64,000 bases of DNA from Botryllus schlosseri. Its lineage: Eukaryota. The translations under genes were made by a program, and so were the position numbers. Every line of letters begins with the position of its first letter. Position 1 is the first letter of the stretch. The notes under the pieces were generated by a model that saw nothing but the letters and a program-made list of their open reading frames with translations, ran no database searches and was not told the origin of the DNA. Positions 10,018 through 21,332 of this stretch are shown piece after piece. The stretch is taken from contig CM119372.1 in assembly GCA_051294905.1 (NCBI GenBank), positions 20,648,001-20,712,000 of the forward strand. Direction: 5' to 3'.

Positions 10018-10178
10018 TCAATCTGGTCCGTAAACCAGTGTCCGGCATAAAGATTCGTAACTTATTTTCCCAGTCCCAAGCTGATCGGCGTCTGATATCA
10101 GCTCATCTGCTTCCTCCGGAGAAAGGCTGTCTCCCAACGTCGTCAAGATCTCCCTCAATTGGGAACTATCAATTTGAC
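10018..10178 (-). CDS. Calmodulin-like EF-hand protein, coding exon 3 (GQIDSSQLREILTTLGDSLSPEEADELISDADQLGTGKISYESLCRTLVYGPD*)
   Basis: Acceptor tttttag|GT at 10179/10178; phase 1 matches exon 2; completes EF3 and EF4; TGA at 10020-10018. Not in the ORF track. Confidence 0.92.
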
Positions 10179-10640
10179 CTAAAAATACTTGAGTTTTAGT
10201 AAGAGATGTGATAGACTATAAGTAACTTGTAAACTATAATCAGGGATATATAGAACTGACTATAATTAGTTTGTTTGTTTGTTTTATTCGCACATACACA
10301 GTGGTGCTTATCGCAGTGGCGGCTCGTCCTATAGGGCAACTGGGGCATTGCCCCACCTAAAATTCTGTTCAATAACAATGATTTACTATTTATATACGCT
10401 CAGCAATCAATATATAGCGAAATCACGGCAAAAATCGCATTCTTTTTGTGCTTTCGCTTGTAAATGCCCATATATAGCGAAGTCTCTACGAAAATCGAAT
10501 TATCTTCTGTGTTTTCGCTTTGTAAATGCTTAACCGGGGCTTGCCCCGGTAGCGCTCATAATAAGCGTTCACTGTCTGTTCTCTCAAAGCCGCTCATAAT
10601 AAAGAAACGGTGAACCACTCTCTCTTATTCATCTAATTAC

Positions 10641-11067
10641 CAGAGATGAGCATGGATTAGGATTAGGTTTTGAAAAAACAGGATTTGTGAAATTTTGTCG
10701 GATTTGGATTGGATTTGGATTAGACATTTTTTTCAGAACGGATTAGGATTTGGATTGGATTTACCTATTTTCTGGGAGATTGAAATGTCGTGTGGCGAAT
10801 GGCGACAAACTTTATTCAGATCAGTTATTAATGTACTTATGGTTACTAAGTTATCTTGAATCAAGTGAATCGTTGGTTGTGAAAGAAAATTTTCGAATCC
10901 CTCCATTGCATAAATTAGTATTTTTTCTGAATTTCCAGTTGGAATCGGATTAGGATTGGACATGGAGTTGAATAAGAAAAAGTTATGGATTAGGATTTGG
11001 ATTTGGATTTGAAGGTTCGGATTTGGATTGGATTAGGACATAGAAATTTCAAATCCGCTCATCTCTG
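10641..11067. mobile_element. hAT MITE with GGATT subterminal repeats
   Basis: TIR CAGAGATGAGC / GCTCATCTCTG; perfect TSD ctaattac; absent at the equivalent site of the sibling element (~26835). Confidence 0.9.
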
Positions 11068-12167
11068 CTAATTACCGAGCAACCGGGGCAACTTGACAAG
11101 TCGCCCTGCCAGTGTGATGTAGCAATGGTATATAAACCTGAACTATGTTACCGTCCTATGCGTTGGGTCGACCTTTGCTGGTATAAGGCGATTTTGACGG
11201 TGTTTCGCAACATAATAATTCTTGAAACTTGGTATGTTATGTCGTGATGGTGGTATTTAACACTGCTCCAAGTTTCAGGGTTGCTACTTAAAGTTTAGGG
11301 TAGTAATTTCGTTTCCAAAGTTGACTGTGTGCTGATCCGTCTTGTATCGCAAACAGATTTTACTCAAAAGCGGGTATTGGTCTCCATTGATTTTGACGAT
11401 GTTCCATACCGATATCGGTGATGACATTTGGCATAGTAAGTCTTAATATTATAACGAACGCTGTACCAAGTTTTAAGTTTATCACCGAACTATATGTGGT
11501 GGTAATTTCATTTCTAAGTCGAGTGAGAGCTGACTCGTCATTTATCGCTAACAGATTTTACGCAAAACCGGTATTGGTCTTTATTGATTTTAACGATAGG
11601 CCTACTCCGTATCTAGATCGGTGATGAGCTTTTGGACAGTATGTCTTGATTTTAGTAACGAAGCTGTGCGAAGTCCCGAGGTTGACACTCAATGATTAGG
11701 GCTGTAATTTCGTTATCGAGGTCGAGTATGGTAGAGATATCTGACAGATAGGCCTAACTACCGCATTGCGGATTTCACGCAAAAGCCAGTGTTGGTCTGT
11801 GCTAATTTTAACTGAGTTTCATACTGAGATAGGGGATGAGATGATGATCTCATGAAACAGTTTACTAAGATTCTATTTACTTTATTTTATATTCTCCAAT
11901 ATCAATTTCACCGTGAAATTGTGGCCTTCAAGCCATTTGCTTACAACCCCCTGTCAAGCGGGATAGCTAGTTCGTTTTCGATGACGGCTAACAGCTGATG
12001 ACTAGATCAGCCTATTCCTCAATTCCTATAGTTGAAGAATCGCTTTCTTTCAACTTTGCTGAAGTAATTAGGCTCGATGCGTTAGATGTGCTCATGATTC
12101 TCAACGCTCTCATTCTGGGTATTCCAGATTTCAATGAGCTCGTCATTAAACTTTTTGCAACTATGAA

Positions 12168-12473
12168 GCGAGTGGCGCAGTTGGTTAAAACACTGCAGTC
12201 ACGACACCAATGGTTGGTGGTTCGAGTCACGGCTTTGCCATGTTTCTATGTGTCGGAGGTTTATCTGGGCTCCTCATCGCCGATCCCGCTGTAACACAGC
12301 GCATTGAAAAGCCCAGACGAAGAGAGAGCCGAACTCTTGAAAGATGGCAGCTAAAGATCGCGTTCCAGGAGCAAAAAGCACAAAGACTTCTGACATTTAT
12401 GAAATTGATGTACTGGGCGCAAATGACTATAATAGCGATAAGCGCCAATGATGTAATAAAACAAACAAACAAA
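12168..12473 (+). mobile_element. tRNA-derived SINE
   Basis: A box TGGCGCAGTTGG, B box GGTTCGAGTC, AATAAA-(AAAC)n tail, TSD caactatgaa. Confidence 0.85.
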
Positions 12474-13107
12474 CAACTATGAAATCACGCCGCGCGCAAT
12501 AGGCCTACTAATACAATGTTACAATATGCAGGTATCAACTACTGTACTTAATATTTTCTTTCGAATAATTTGAAATACGTAAGCTATATTAACCATGCCT
12601 AATGTCTATACCCCATACAAACCGTGTGTGACCACCACGAAGTCACATTTTCACGTAGGAATACACTATTGTGGCGTCATTTATACAATTAAAATCGCGT
12701 GCATCCCTTGCCCCACCACCCGATATTGTCACGAGCCGCCACTGGCTTATCGCCTCTATACGGTCATTTGCGCCACGACATTAATTTCAGTTATTTCAGT
12801 CCTTTGTCTTTGTAATGTTTCGGACGACTTCCATTCTCGCTCTCTTTCACCATCGGTCACGCTCGTATTTCATGCGCCCATATCTTGTACTTTGCTGCCG
12901 ACTTTTGGCTCGGCTCACCTTCACTCTGGGCTTTGGAAACACTGCTATTGCAGTGAGGTCAGCGATGAGGCGCCCAGAGAAACCTCCGACACATAGCAGT
13001 TGGTCCGAACCGGGATTCGAACCACTGCCATTGCTGTCGCGACGCTGGCGCTTAACCACTATAATTAGTAAACATTGCTTCGTCACAGTTAATTCGCATA
13101 TGTCGAC

Positions 13108-13661
13108 AAGGGTTGCATTTAAAACAAAAATCAATTTAAAACAAACACGTTTAAAACAGCCATTGTTAAAAATATATTTTATTGCTTTTTTAGCCACAAC
13201 GTCACGAGACTTAAATTGTGACATCACAGTGGATTGATACTGTCATATTGCTCCTTAAGAATTACAAGGGTCAATATAGGTCTTTTGACGAAAAAGGTTG
13301 CCAAACACTGTCTTAAACGGACCAAAGAATATATCTTTAACCAGGACTACATCGTCTTGCAGCAGTTTTACGGTCGGCTGTCATCATCATGATCATCAGA
13401 ACATTCATTCCGTACCAATGATTTATATCTACTACGTACTATAGCTGTTGAACAGACTATATCGAGGGTTCCAACCATCCCATATGGTATAGGTGGGCTA
13501 TAATCGTCGTCCGTAGGCTGATACAGCATGTTTTGGAAAGTATTTACACAATTATGGCATAATTATGCAACTTGAAAAAACACAATTTTTTTTTAAGTTC
13601 TTTGTTTAAAACACTGTTTAAAACATGTTTTAAACAACCATTTGTTTTGAATGCAACCCTT
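13108..13661. mobile_element. hAT MITE (AGGGTTGCATT family)
   Basis: TIR AAGGGTTGCATT / AATGCAACCCTT; inverted homology to 8454-8884; TSD not evident. Confidence 0.7.
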
Positions 13662-13782
13662 GCTGGTGCTTATTTAAAACGACTAAACGAGGGGTCACGT
13701 CTGGATTGGCCACCACACGCACTTGCAATCCTACATCTAAGTTACCACATATAAGCCTACAACTACAGTATTATACAAATAC

Positions 13783-13915
13783 CTGTTCCCAGCTGATCAA
13801 ATCGCCTGAACGACTCCAAGAGCTCATCATCAGGGTTTCCGCTGACTAAAGATTGCTTCAATAACCTCAGAAATGCTTCCCATTCCACGATGCCTTTGCC
13901 ATCCGGATCAACAAC
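13783..13915 (-). CDS. Calmodulin-like EF-hand protein, coding exon 2 (VVDPDGKGIVEWEAFLRLLKQSLVSGNPDDELLESFRRFDQLGT)
   Basis: Acceptor ttttccttacag|, donor ACAG|gtattt; 133 nt, phase 0 to phase 1; EF2 and start of EF3. Confidence 0.92.
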
Positions 13916-14641
13916 CTGTAAGGAAAAGAAAACACGAGACACATTAGAAACCACATGGTTCAATACGTCGAGCAAGCTCCATGGATATTATCCAATCTAG
14001 TAGCTCACAAATTTCGTATTACCGCCCGTCTCAGCGTATATATAGGCTGAATGAAATCCCCAGAACTAGAATAATTCAGCTATGAAAGTCTTCAACGTCG
14101 TATAGGCGAGAACCGCTATATAAATACAAATATATACAGTATACACATCAAATGAATGTCTTGTAACAATGTGCCAAGTGGGAATTGTCGGGTTAAACTT
14201 CCAGTCGCGGTAATTGAAGATTAAGAAACAATGATCCAAGGTCATTAAAATACTGAAGAGCTTGGAGGTACAGAACTTTAATATAGAATAGAATATTCAT
14301 ATTGAAATGAACCCTAATATCACTGAACAAAAATACTGAATGTGTCATGCGACGTAGGCCTACTGCATTTCCATAGGCTACATTAAATGCTATAAATTAC
14401 ACAGGAGGTGGTCAATAACGAAAGACTTCTACTTTTCGGAGTACTCAAGTAGGCTTTTCCTAATTGCACTACTGAAAAGTGATTAGGACTTTATTCTACT
14501 TCCGCATCGTCCTTTTTAGCAGCTTTCTGTTTTCGGCAAAACTAGGCTTGGAAAACCTATTCTACTTTTTCATATTCTACTTGGAATTGGAAATCGTTAC
14601 GTCGACTTGAGGAGATACTTTTACTTCTACTTCTACTAGAG

Positions 14642-14957
14642 CAGCGGCTCTCAAACTTTTTTTAGACACGTCCCCTTTATGACAGTGAAAAATTTCGCGC
14701 CCCTTATCGTCATATCACAAAATGCAATCGGAATGCAGGAAATCCCAACGGATAGTTACGTGGCAGGGAAGGTTATGACTTATCATGACAGTCATGACTA
14801 TTGACGAGAGAATTATCAAATATGAAATTCGGAGTATAAACAGAGCAATAACTATGAATTGGAGGTAAATCGCGCGGAGTGCGAATAATTTTTTCAGTTG
14901 ATCGCAGCTTCGCGCTCCCTTCCAGATGCTTTCACGCCCCCCGTTTGAGAGCCACTG
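14642..14957. mobile_element. hAT (Charlie/Buster-like) MITE
   Basis: TIR CAGCGGCTCTCAAAC / GTTTGAGAGCCACTG; perfect TSD tactagag. Confidence 0.9.
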
Positions 14958-15223
14958 TACTAGAGTATCAACTTCTTTGACCGTCTCTGGAATTAGCCTA
15001 CACCAATTCGATTTTTCGACAGATATGGATGTTGGCAATACAATGCTTTTGTAAGTATGTTAATGCATATACCGCCGAATCCTCAATAACGCGCAGTTGC
15101 GCACGCGCAAGGCTGACGAGAAACATTTCGCAGGAGACAGTTTGCATGCCTGGCGACGTTATGTAAAGTGATTGTGATCAACGTAAGGATTAGATATGTG
15201 TGCTCTCGACGCTCTGACTAGAT

Positions 15224-15494
15224 CAGTGGTTCCTAACCTTATTTTAGGCCCGCCCCCTTTATTATACTGAAAAATTTCGCGCCCCCCTCATCGTCATGTC
15301 ACAAAATCCAACCGAGATACTAGCAACTCCAGCAGATTTTTTGATGGCATGGAAGGCTATAACTGTTCATTAGAGAATTAAAAAATATGAAATTCGGTGT
15401 ATACATAGAGAAACAGGCGTAAATTTTTTTCTTCAGTTGACCGCTTCTTCGCGCCCCCTTCCGAGCTTTCACGCCCCCATGTTGGGAACCACTG
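15224..15494. mobile_element. hAT (Charlie/Buster-like) MITE related to 14642-14957
   Basis: TIR CAGTGGTTCCTAAC / GTTGGGAACCACTG; perfect TSD gactagat. Confidence 0.9.
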
Positions 15495-16482
15495 GACTAG
15501 ATCCTCGGTAACGTGAGGGTCAGAACGGCCGCGAAGGCGAGAAGACTGGTTGTGTGGTTTTACTGGAACGTTTTGAAATGCATTGAACTGTATTACGTGT
15601 ACTTAGTAAGGCTGTCTGTGTCTGTATACCTCCCGCGTACATTAACGGGGGAAGGTACACTTTTGTTGCGTCTAGCATCTCAAAATTTGGTGTGTGAGCT
15701 CATTATATAGTAATTTCTATGCTACGTAATATTTGGTTTCTCAGAATAACTCCTTGGGCCCATTATTATTTTTACGGGGGTCTTGTAATCGAAAGACCTG
15801 TACGATTGGAAGCCTCTCTTACGGTACCGACTACCGAGCCCGAACTTGCTGAACTAAGCTGTGTATAGCATTGTACAATGTACATTGCGTGCGTCTTGAT
15901 CGAATAAAAATATAATCTGGCGAACCGCCAGTGGCGATTACGGTATTGATATAAATTCATGGCGAGGCACAAATGAATCTACCGCACCGATTACAATTGG
16001 CCTAACAATCCGACAATCGCAGCGCAGCGAGACAATTGTTATCGATGTAGTGAGCTGACGGTGTATTATGAATTGCGAAGTTGCGACGGCCAGCGTGTAG
16101 TGCAGTGCAAATACCTTCTATTACTGATGGAGCTGTTATGTATTTCCATACCTACCTCCAATTGAGGATGGATGCGCTTCTTACGTAGCCTGCGTGCTAG
16201 TCAGTCAATATAGTCAGCCCTCAAGATTACCAGACCACATTCTGACATGTCGACCTCGCCTACCGACACATGGAGCATTCATTTTTGTCGCATGCTTATA
16301 CTTTGTTCTTTCTTTTATCCAGTGTGCTTGCACTTATTTACATGATATAGGCTGGGGATGGTGTGAACCTCTGAAAGCTTCAGGTTCGTGTGAACACGAA
16401 TGTGAACGTAATGACGTCACGTGACGTCATGTTGCTAATTCCAACCCTACATTTCAGATTTCAGTGACGTGATAGCCTATAT

Positions 16483-17221
16483 CTGGGCCGGCCAACCCGT
16501 GGCCCGCGAGAAGGTTTTGAGTGGCCCGCGAGGTAATTTCCGATATTTTTAATATCATCAAAACTGGATTGCACAGATTCTGAGCTTGCAAGGCCAACCA
16601 AAAATTTGATTAGTCTGGCCGCAATACTTGAGATGTGATGACTAAAATATCAGTTCCGACGCATTGACAGATCCATCAGCCATTCACATATTGGTACATC
16701 TTCGTACACTACAATAAAGCAGAATAATTTGCGATAGATTTATCAAAGGTAAAAATTTTCTACAAGCTTATTGCAATATGTTGTCACTCGTTTTCTTGTT
16801 TTTAATATTGTTGCCCTTTTGTGAAAATGGAAGAACACCTAATGTATCAGATTGAGTTTAACTATAGAGACCGTAGTTTAACTATAGTTTAACTATATTC
16901 GCGATTACAAGACAAAATGTCGTTCAACATATGCTACCTTGCGTTTGCGCTCGAAGTAAGACCGTCCACCGTGAAACCTATAGGCACGACATGATTGACG
17001 CATGTTGGTCACAGCTTTCGATATCGATATGTCCATGCCCCGAATAGCCCAGTCCTCGCAAACTTAGCCCAGCGATATACAGCAGGCCCGCAATATAGTC
17101 AAGTGATAATATTATTGACCTATGAACTTCAAAAAATTTTCGCGCTTCGCGCGGATAGTGGCCCGCGCAAAAGTTCGTCAATCGAATGTGGCCCTTGGGC
17201 CGAAAAGGTTGGTCAGCCCTG
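16483..17221. mobile_element. hAT MITE with GGCCCGC subterminal motifs
   Basis: Degenerate TIR CTGGGCCGGCCAACC / GGTTGGTCAGCCCTG; perfect TSD gcctatat. Confidence 0.85.
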
Positions 17222-17260
17222 GCCTATATCAATGTCCACGATACCTATAGCGACGACCCG

Positions 17261-17693
17261 GGCCACATAATGCCACAATGCTGAAGTATATATTGACGTT
17301 TTAAACGTCGCCAAATGCATCAACCGGGGCAATCAAATGATATAATAATATTTAATCCCATAAAATCAATATCTTCCGTCGATTTGCCAACAATTTCGAA
17401 GAGGACTCGGAAGGGAATATATTCTTACGCCTTAACGGAAAATGTACTCGGCGACTTAGTTGTGGCCACATAATGCCACAATGCTGAAGTATATTTTGAC
17501 GTTTTAAACGTCGCCAAATGCATCAACTGGGGCAATCAAATGATATAATAATAATTAATCCCATAAAATTGCTAATAAACCAATGATGATGATGAAAATC
17601 AATATCTTCCGTCGATTTGTCAACAATTTCGACGAGGACTCGGAAGGGAATATATTCTTACGCCTTAACGGAAAATGTACTCGGCGACTTAGT
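17261..17693. repeat. Recent tandem duplication of ~200 bp (17261-17460 and 17464-17693)
   Basis: Near-identical copies; the second carries a ~30-bp extra segment. Confidence 0.9.
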
Positions 17694-17805
17694 ATTGCTA
17701 CGTTGATATTGAGTAGAGTGTAAAACGGGTTTCTATACTTGCTACCGATTAAACCGATATTACCTACGCCTACGCCTCAAAACGTACCGAAATGTCTAAA
17801 AGTAG

Positions 17806-17878
17806 CGCCCAACGTGGGGCTCGAACCCACGACCGTTGGATTAAGAGTCCAACGCTCTACCGACTGAGCTAGCCGGGC
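17806..17878 (-). tRNA. tRNA-Lys (anticodon CTT)
   Basis: GCCCGGCTAGCTCAGTCGGTAGAGCGTTGGACTCTTAATCCAACGGTCGTGGGTTCGAGCCCCACGTTGGGCG: 73 nt, full cloverleaf, no encoded CCA, TTTT terminator a few nt downstream. Confidence 0.97.
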
Positions 17879-18884
17879 GACGCCGGCTCGAGGGAAAACA
17901 CATCTATTTATTTCGCAAAACTTTCTTCGAATCGATATATCTCCAAACTTTGCTTCGCCCAGTGCTGCTTTACCCCTATCGCCTGTACGTGTTGCAGTTA
18001 TGTACTAGCGTTGTACGTTTGCGTTTAGTTCGAAAAACCATTCAAAAAAACTGGATGGCTCTGCTTTCGATTATTGTTTGTATGGACTGGTTCGTTCGTG
18101 TTCAATGGCCTTTCCAATCCATGTTATTTTCTTATTTAAGTATTTAAATCTATCGATCGTTTGCATGTTAATTGTTAATATTTCAGTTCGACAAACCACA
18201 GTATTCAAAGTGCAGAGTCGTGCTATTCATCGTTTCGAAATAATATGTCATTGGGACTATTGGGAGCCAAGATCAGACAGTTGACTAGGGAGCAGTGACT
18301 ACTTGTGACCGCAGCAGTCTCTCGCTGGTGAAGGGGAACGCAGCAGCGCGACTGCAGTTGCAAATGTGCTAATTGATTGTTGGAAATAGAATCATCTTTT
18401 CAGAACCCAGGGGTTTGGATTTCGAACCCACACCTCTCCTAGGTATGCCACTGATGCGCACAACGTACGACCACAACATTCTCAATTCGACTACCGCTAA
18501 TCGCGCCAAATTATATGCAGTCGCAGTCGCTCATGGTCAAGACAGGCGAGTTATCACCACTGCGCTATATCACGAGTCATATGTGCGAGTGCAGCGCGTG
18601 TCTTGTCCTCCAGCGGAACCACTGAGACTGGCTCATGGAACTCTGGGGTTGCCGGGAACCCCGGTTAAGAAACACTCCATTCGATATATAGTCAGGGTCA
18701 GGACACAGCGCCGTAGCACCCACACGATCCACAACCAATTAAAGGGCCTGCTTACAAAGAACATTCGTTATGGGGTATGGGCTGCTTTGCAAAATCGATT
18801 ACCTGACTATAACTCAAGTCTGATAGGTTGAGTATTTGAGTCTCGATCATTATGACGTCATATACAATAAGAAAGACTGACTGT

Positions 18885-19380
18885 TAGGGCTGGGCAAAAT
18901 CGAATACCTGACTCACGTATTATGCTTCGAGTCGAGTGTTCTAATATAACTCATTATGACGTCATAACACTATACAAGATGTCAATGTTCAAAAACGTAC
19001 CTTTTATGCTACCACAAACAATATAACACTTGTTCTACGTCACATTAATGATACTTTGGTATTTTTTCGACCATACCGATTTCATTGCACTTTGTGACAA
19101 TGTTGTGGGATGATCATGACTACGGAAATGTGTTATTTCCAGTAACGTTCGTAGCTTTGTTCTATATGATTCGTATGCTACGATACGGCCAATCGAGGTT
19201 TCAAGGCTTCCACAGTAGAAAATGATATCGAATCTATAATTATTGTTGATGAATTAACTTACAGTGGCCAGAGCGTATAATTTCAGTACTCGAAAAAATC
19301 GTTTTTTACTACTCGACTCTAATCATAAAAATTAATACTCGATTCAGATTCGAGTACTCGAATTATTGTGCCCAGTCCTA
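18885..19380. mobile_element. hAT MITE (TAGGGCTGGGCA termini)
   Basis: TIR TAGGGCTGGGCA / TGCCCAGTCCTA; TSD ctgactgt / ctggctgt. Confidence 0.8.
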
Positions 19381-19424
19381 CTGGCTGTATTGTACGCGTA
19401 CTCGCGCATCTGTGTATATTTGAA

Positions 19425-19829
19425 TGGGGTTGCCATGCGTCCACCTTTTTGAGATTTTTAAAAATGTCCTCCGAGTAGGGGTACGACTAAATGTCCTCCA
19501 TTTTGGCAATTCGTCCTCCTTTACAGCTTTTATAGCTAAGATAATGGACAGATTGAAGTAAAAATGGGCATAAATGACGCTAAATAGAAAAGACGGACGT
19601 TCGAGCGGGAAATTCCTGGTCCGATCGAAAGTGACGATTTCAGTAAAAAAAGTAAACAGTGTGTAAATCGGAAGTCGAAAGAAAGTGACGACGTTTTTTA
19701 TTGTTTTAGTCAACTCACCAAATTTCACAGCAAAAATAGCGAAATCGGCTGTTTTCAGTTTTGATCAACTAACTTATCTGATCTGGTAAAAGAGTCCTCC
19801 TTTCCCGATTCCAAAATGTGGTAACCCTA
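19425..19829. mobile_element. hAT MITE (TAGGGTT.CCA family)
   Basis: TIR TGGGGTTGCCA / TGGTAACCCTA; perfect TSD tatttgaa. Confidence 0.85.
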
Positions 19830-20690
19830 TATTTGAAGAGCTTCTTGGAAGTGCAGAATTCATTTTACAATTGAATAGTGTATTCATATTGAAATGAACC
19901 CGAATATTTTCGACTGACACTCGTCAAGGCTAATAGTCAGCAACTAGTAGACAATGGGAAAGGACATTGTATATCAACAATCGTATCACAAAATATGACG
20001 TCACCAGCATCTGCGTATTTTATTTTTAAACCCTTTTCCTATCCTAAATATCAACGAGCTTCTAGTAAGCTTTTCAGTTTTTATCAATATCGGGAAATAC
20101 TTAACTTTCCGACTCAACGGACCTTTAGAAGTAGATTGACGTAGCGGGCTATAAGTGCTGAAGCTGAAGGCAACTATTGGAACCAAATCTTAAATTTAAA
20201 TCTCATCCTATACATCCATGATTCTCAGAAATAATTACAAGACACAGTCTTACATCAGGTATCGAGTTATATATATACAGTTGCACTTGTATGATGACAT
20301 GGTTCATAAAAAAATTCAAACAGCCTTATCTCATGTCATGCGATAGTTTGTGACAATGCCAATTTCAGACTTGAAGAGCGAAATTTGAGGTGATCTATAG
20401 TACGCTGACCAGATCATAATGCTGATACTCAGAATCAGTAGGATGTACTAACCTGCATATTGCGACAGGTATTTTGACATTTTGCGCTTGAGTCGCCAGC
20501 TATAAGATTATCGATCATTAAGATTATCGACCATTTTTATCTAAGTAGAAAGTAGCGGTAACTCCGTAAATTTCTACTCAGTTTCAAATAGAAGTGGCAA
20601 TACACGTCAAAACTACTTCAAGGCGAGGAAGAAGATGAATTTCAGAAATTAAATTTAGTCGATGGCTCGCATATACATTTAGCAATTATT

Positions 20691-21033
20691 CGGAGGCGGC
20701 CACCTTCGAATTTGCAAGACGTATACGCTATTCACGACTAATGCAAAATGACTAATGACACAGCAAGCAGGCGTCTTTTTCGAAAACATATTCAGTTACA
20801 TGGATACATCGCCTATTTCGCCCAGTTGTCATGACAATTTCTCTCACAAACTACTTTCTGCAAAATCGAAAGTAGAAAAATAAGCTTATTGCTTAAAAAA
20901 AACTGTTGAGGAAAAGTGGAAGTATAGTTAATAAACAAAATTAACCGGGTAAGTAGTACACTGTCAAGTCGGCAAACCCGACTTGAGGACTCGTAAAAAG
21001 TTGAAGTACCTATTTCGTTACTGACCGCCTCCG
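20691..21033. mobile_element. Decayed MITE of the CAGAGGTGGTCA family
   Basis: Ends CGGAGGCGGCCA / TGACCGCCTCCG with AAGTA-rich interior, as in 54628-54889. Confidence 0.55.
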
Positions 21034-21155
21034 CTTAACCTACACTCGTTTCAATCACTACTCGACTAGGTTTCGAGTGATCGAATCGTTTTTCTCGGCG
21101 TTGCCATCATATATAGGTAGCATATAGATCCACTAGCTGGGTTCTAACTACCCAC

Positions 21156-21332
21156 CTTTATTCTCTCACGAATCCACGCCTCCGTAGGAACTTGGCCACA
21201 TGCTCTTAAAACCGTTCCTAAATCAGTAGTAAGAATCGAGCCCTCCTTTCTGAAATCAAAGCTGTCGAAGTGGCGTCGAAAAGTAGACATTTGCTCATCG
21301 CTCAATTCTTCTGGGTTTAGTAGATCAGGCAT
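21156..21332 (-). CDS. Calmodulin-like EF-hand protein, coding exon 1 (MPDLLNPEELSDEQMSTFRRHFDSFDFRKEGSILTTDLGTVLRACGQVPTEAWIRERIK)
   Basis: Aligns to the calmodulin N-terminus ([44 protein letters not shown]); donor AAG|gtgggt; 177+133+161 nt gives 156 aa plus stop. Confidence 0.92.

Larger units (their letters stand above)
10314..12744. mobile_element. Non-autonomous hAT element (CAGTGGCGGCTCGT termini), sibling of 26517-30534
   Basis: 14-bp TIR; perfect TSD gcttatcg; over 1 kb collinear with 26517-27600; internal degenerate ~130-bp repeats. Confidence 0.9.
10271..13057 (-). mobile_element. tRNA-derived SINE split by the hAT insertion 10314-12744
   Basis: Head with partial A box and B box (GGTTCGAATCC) near 13057-13010; body homologous to SINE 12168-12473; AATAAA-(AAAC)n tail at ~10290-10271; 12-bp TSD actataattagt (10259-10270, 13058-13069). 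Confidence 0.8.

Noticed and set aside
12168..12240. tRNA genes at SINE heads (also ~13010-13057, ~18400-18450, ~42480-42550)
   Set aside because: A/B boxes are present but there is no complete cloverleaf. The 12168, 13057 and 42480 copies continue into a shared SINE body and (AAAC)n tail.
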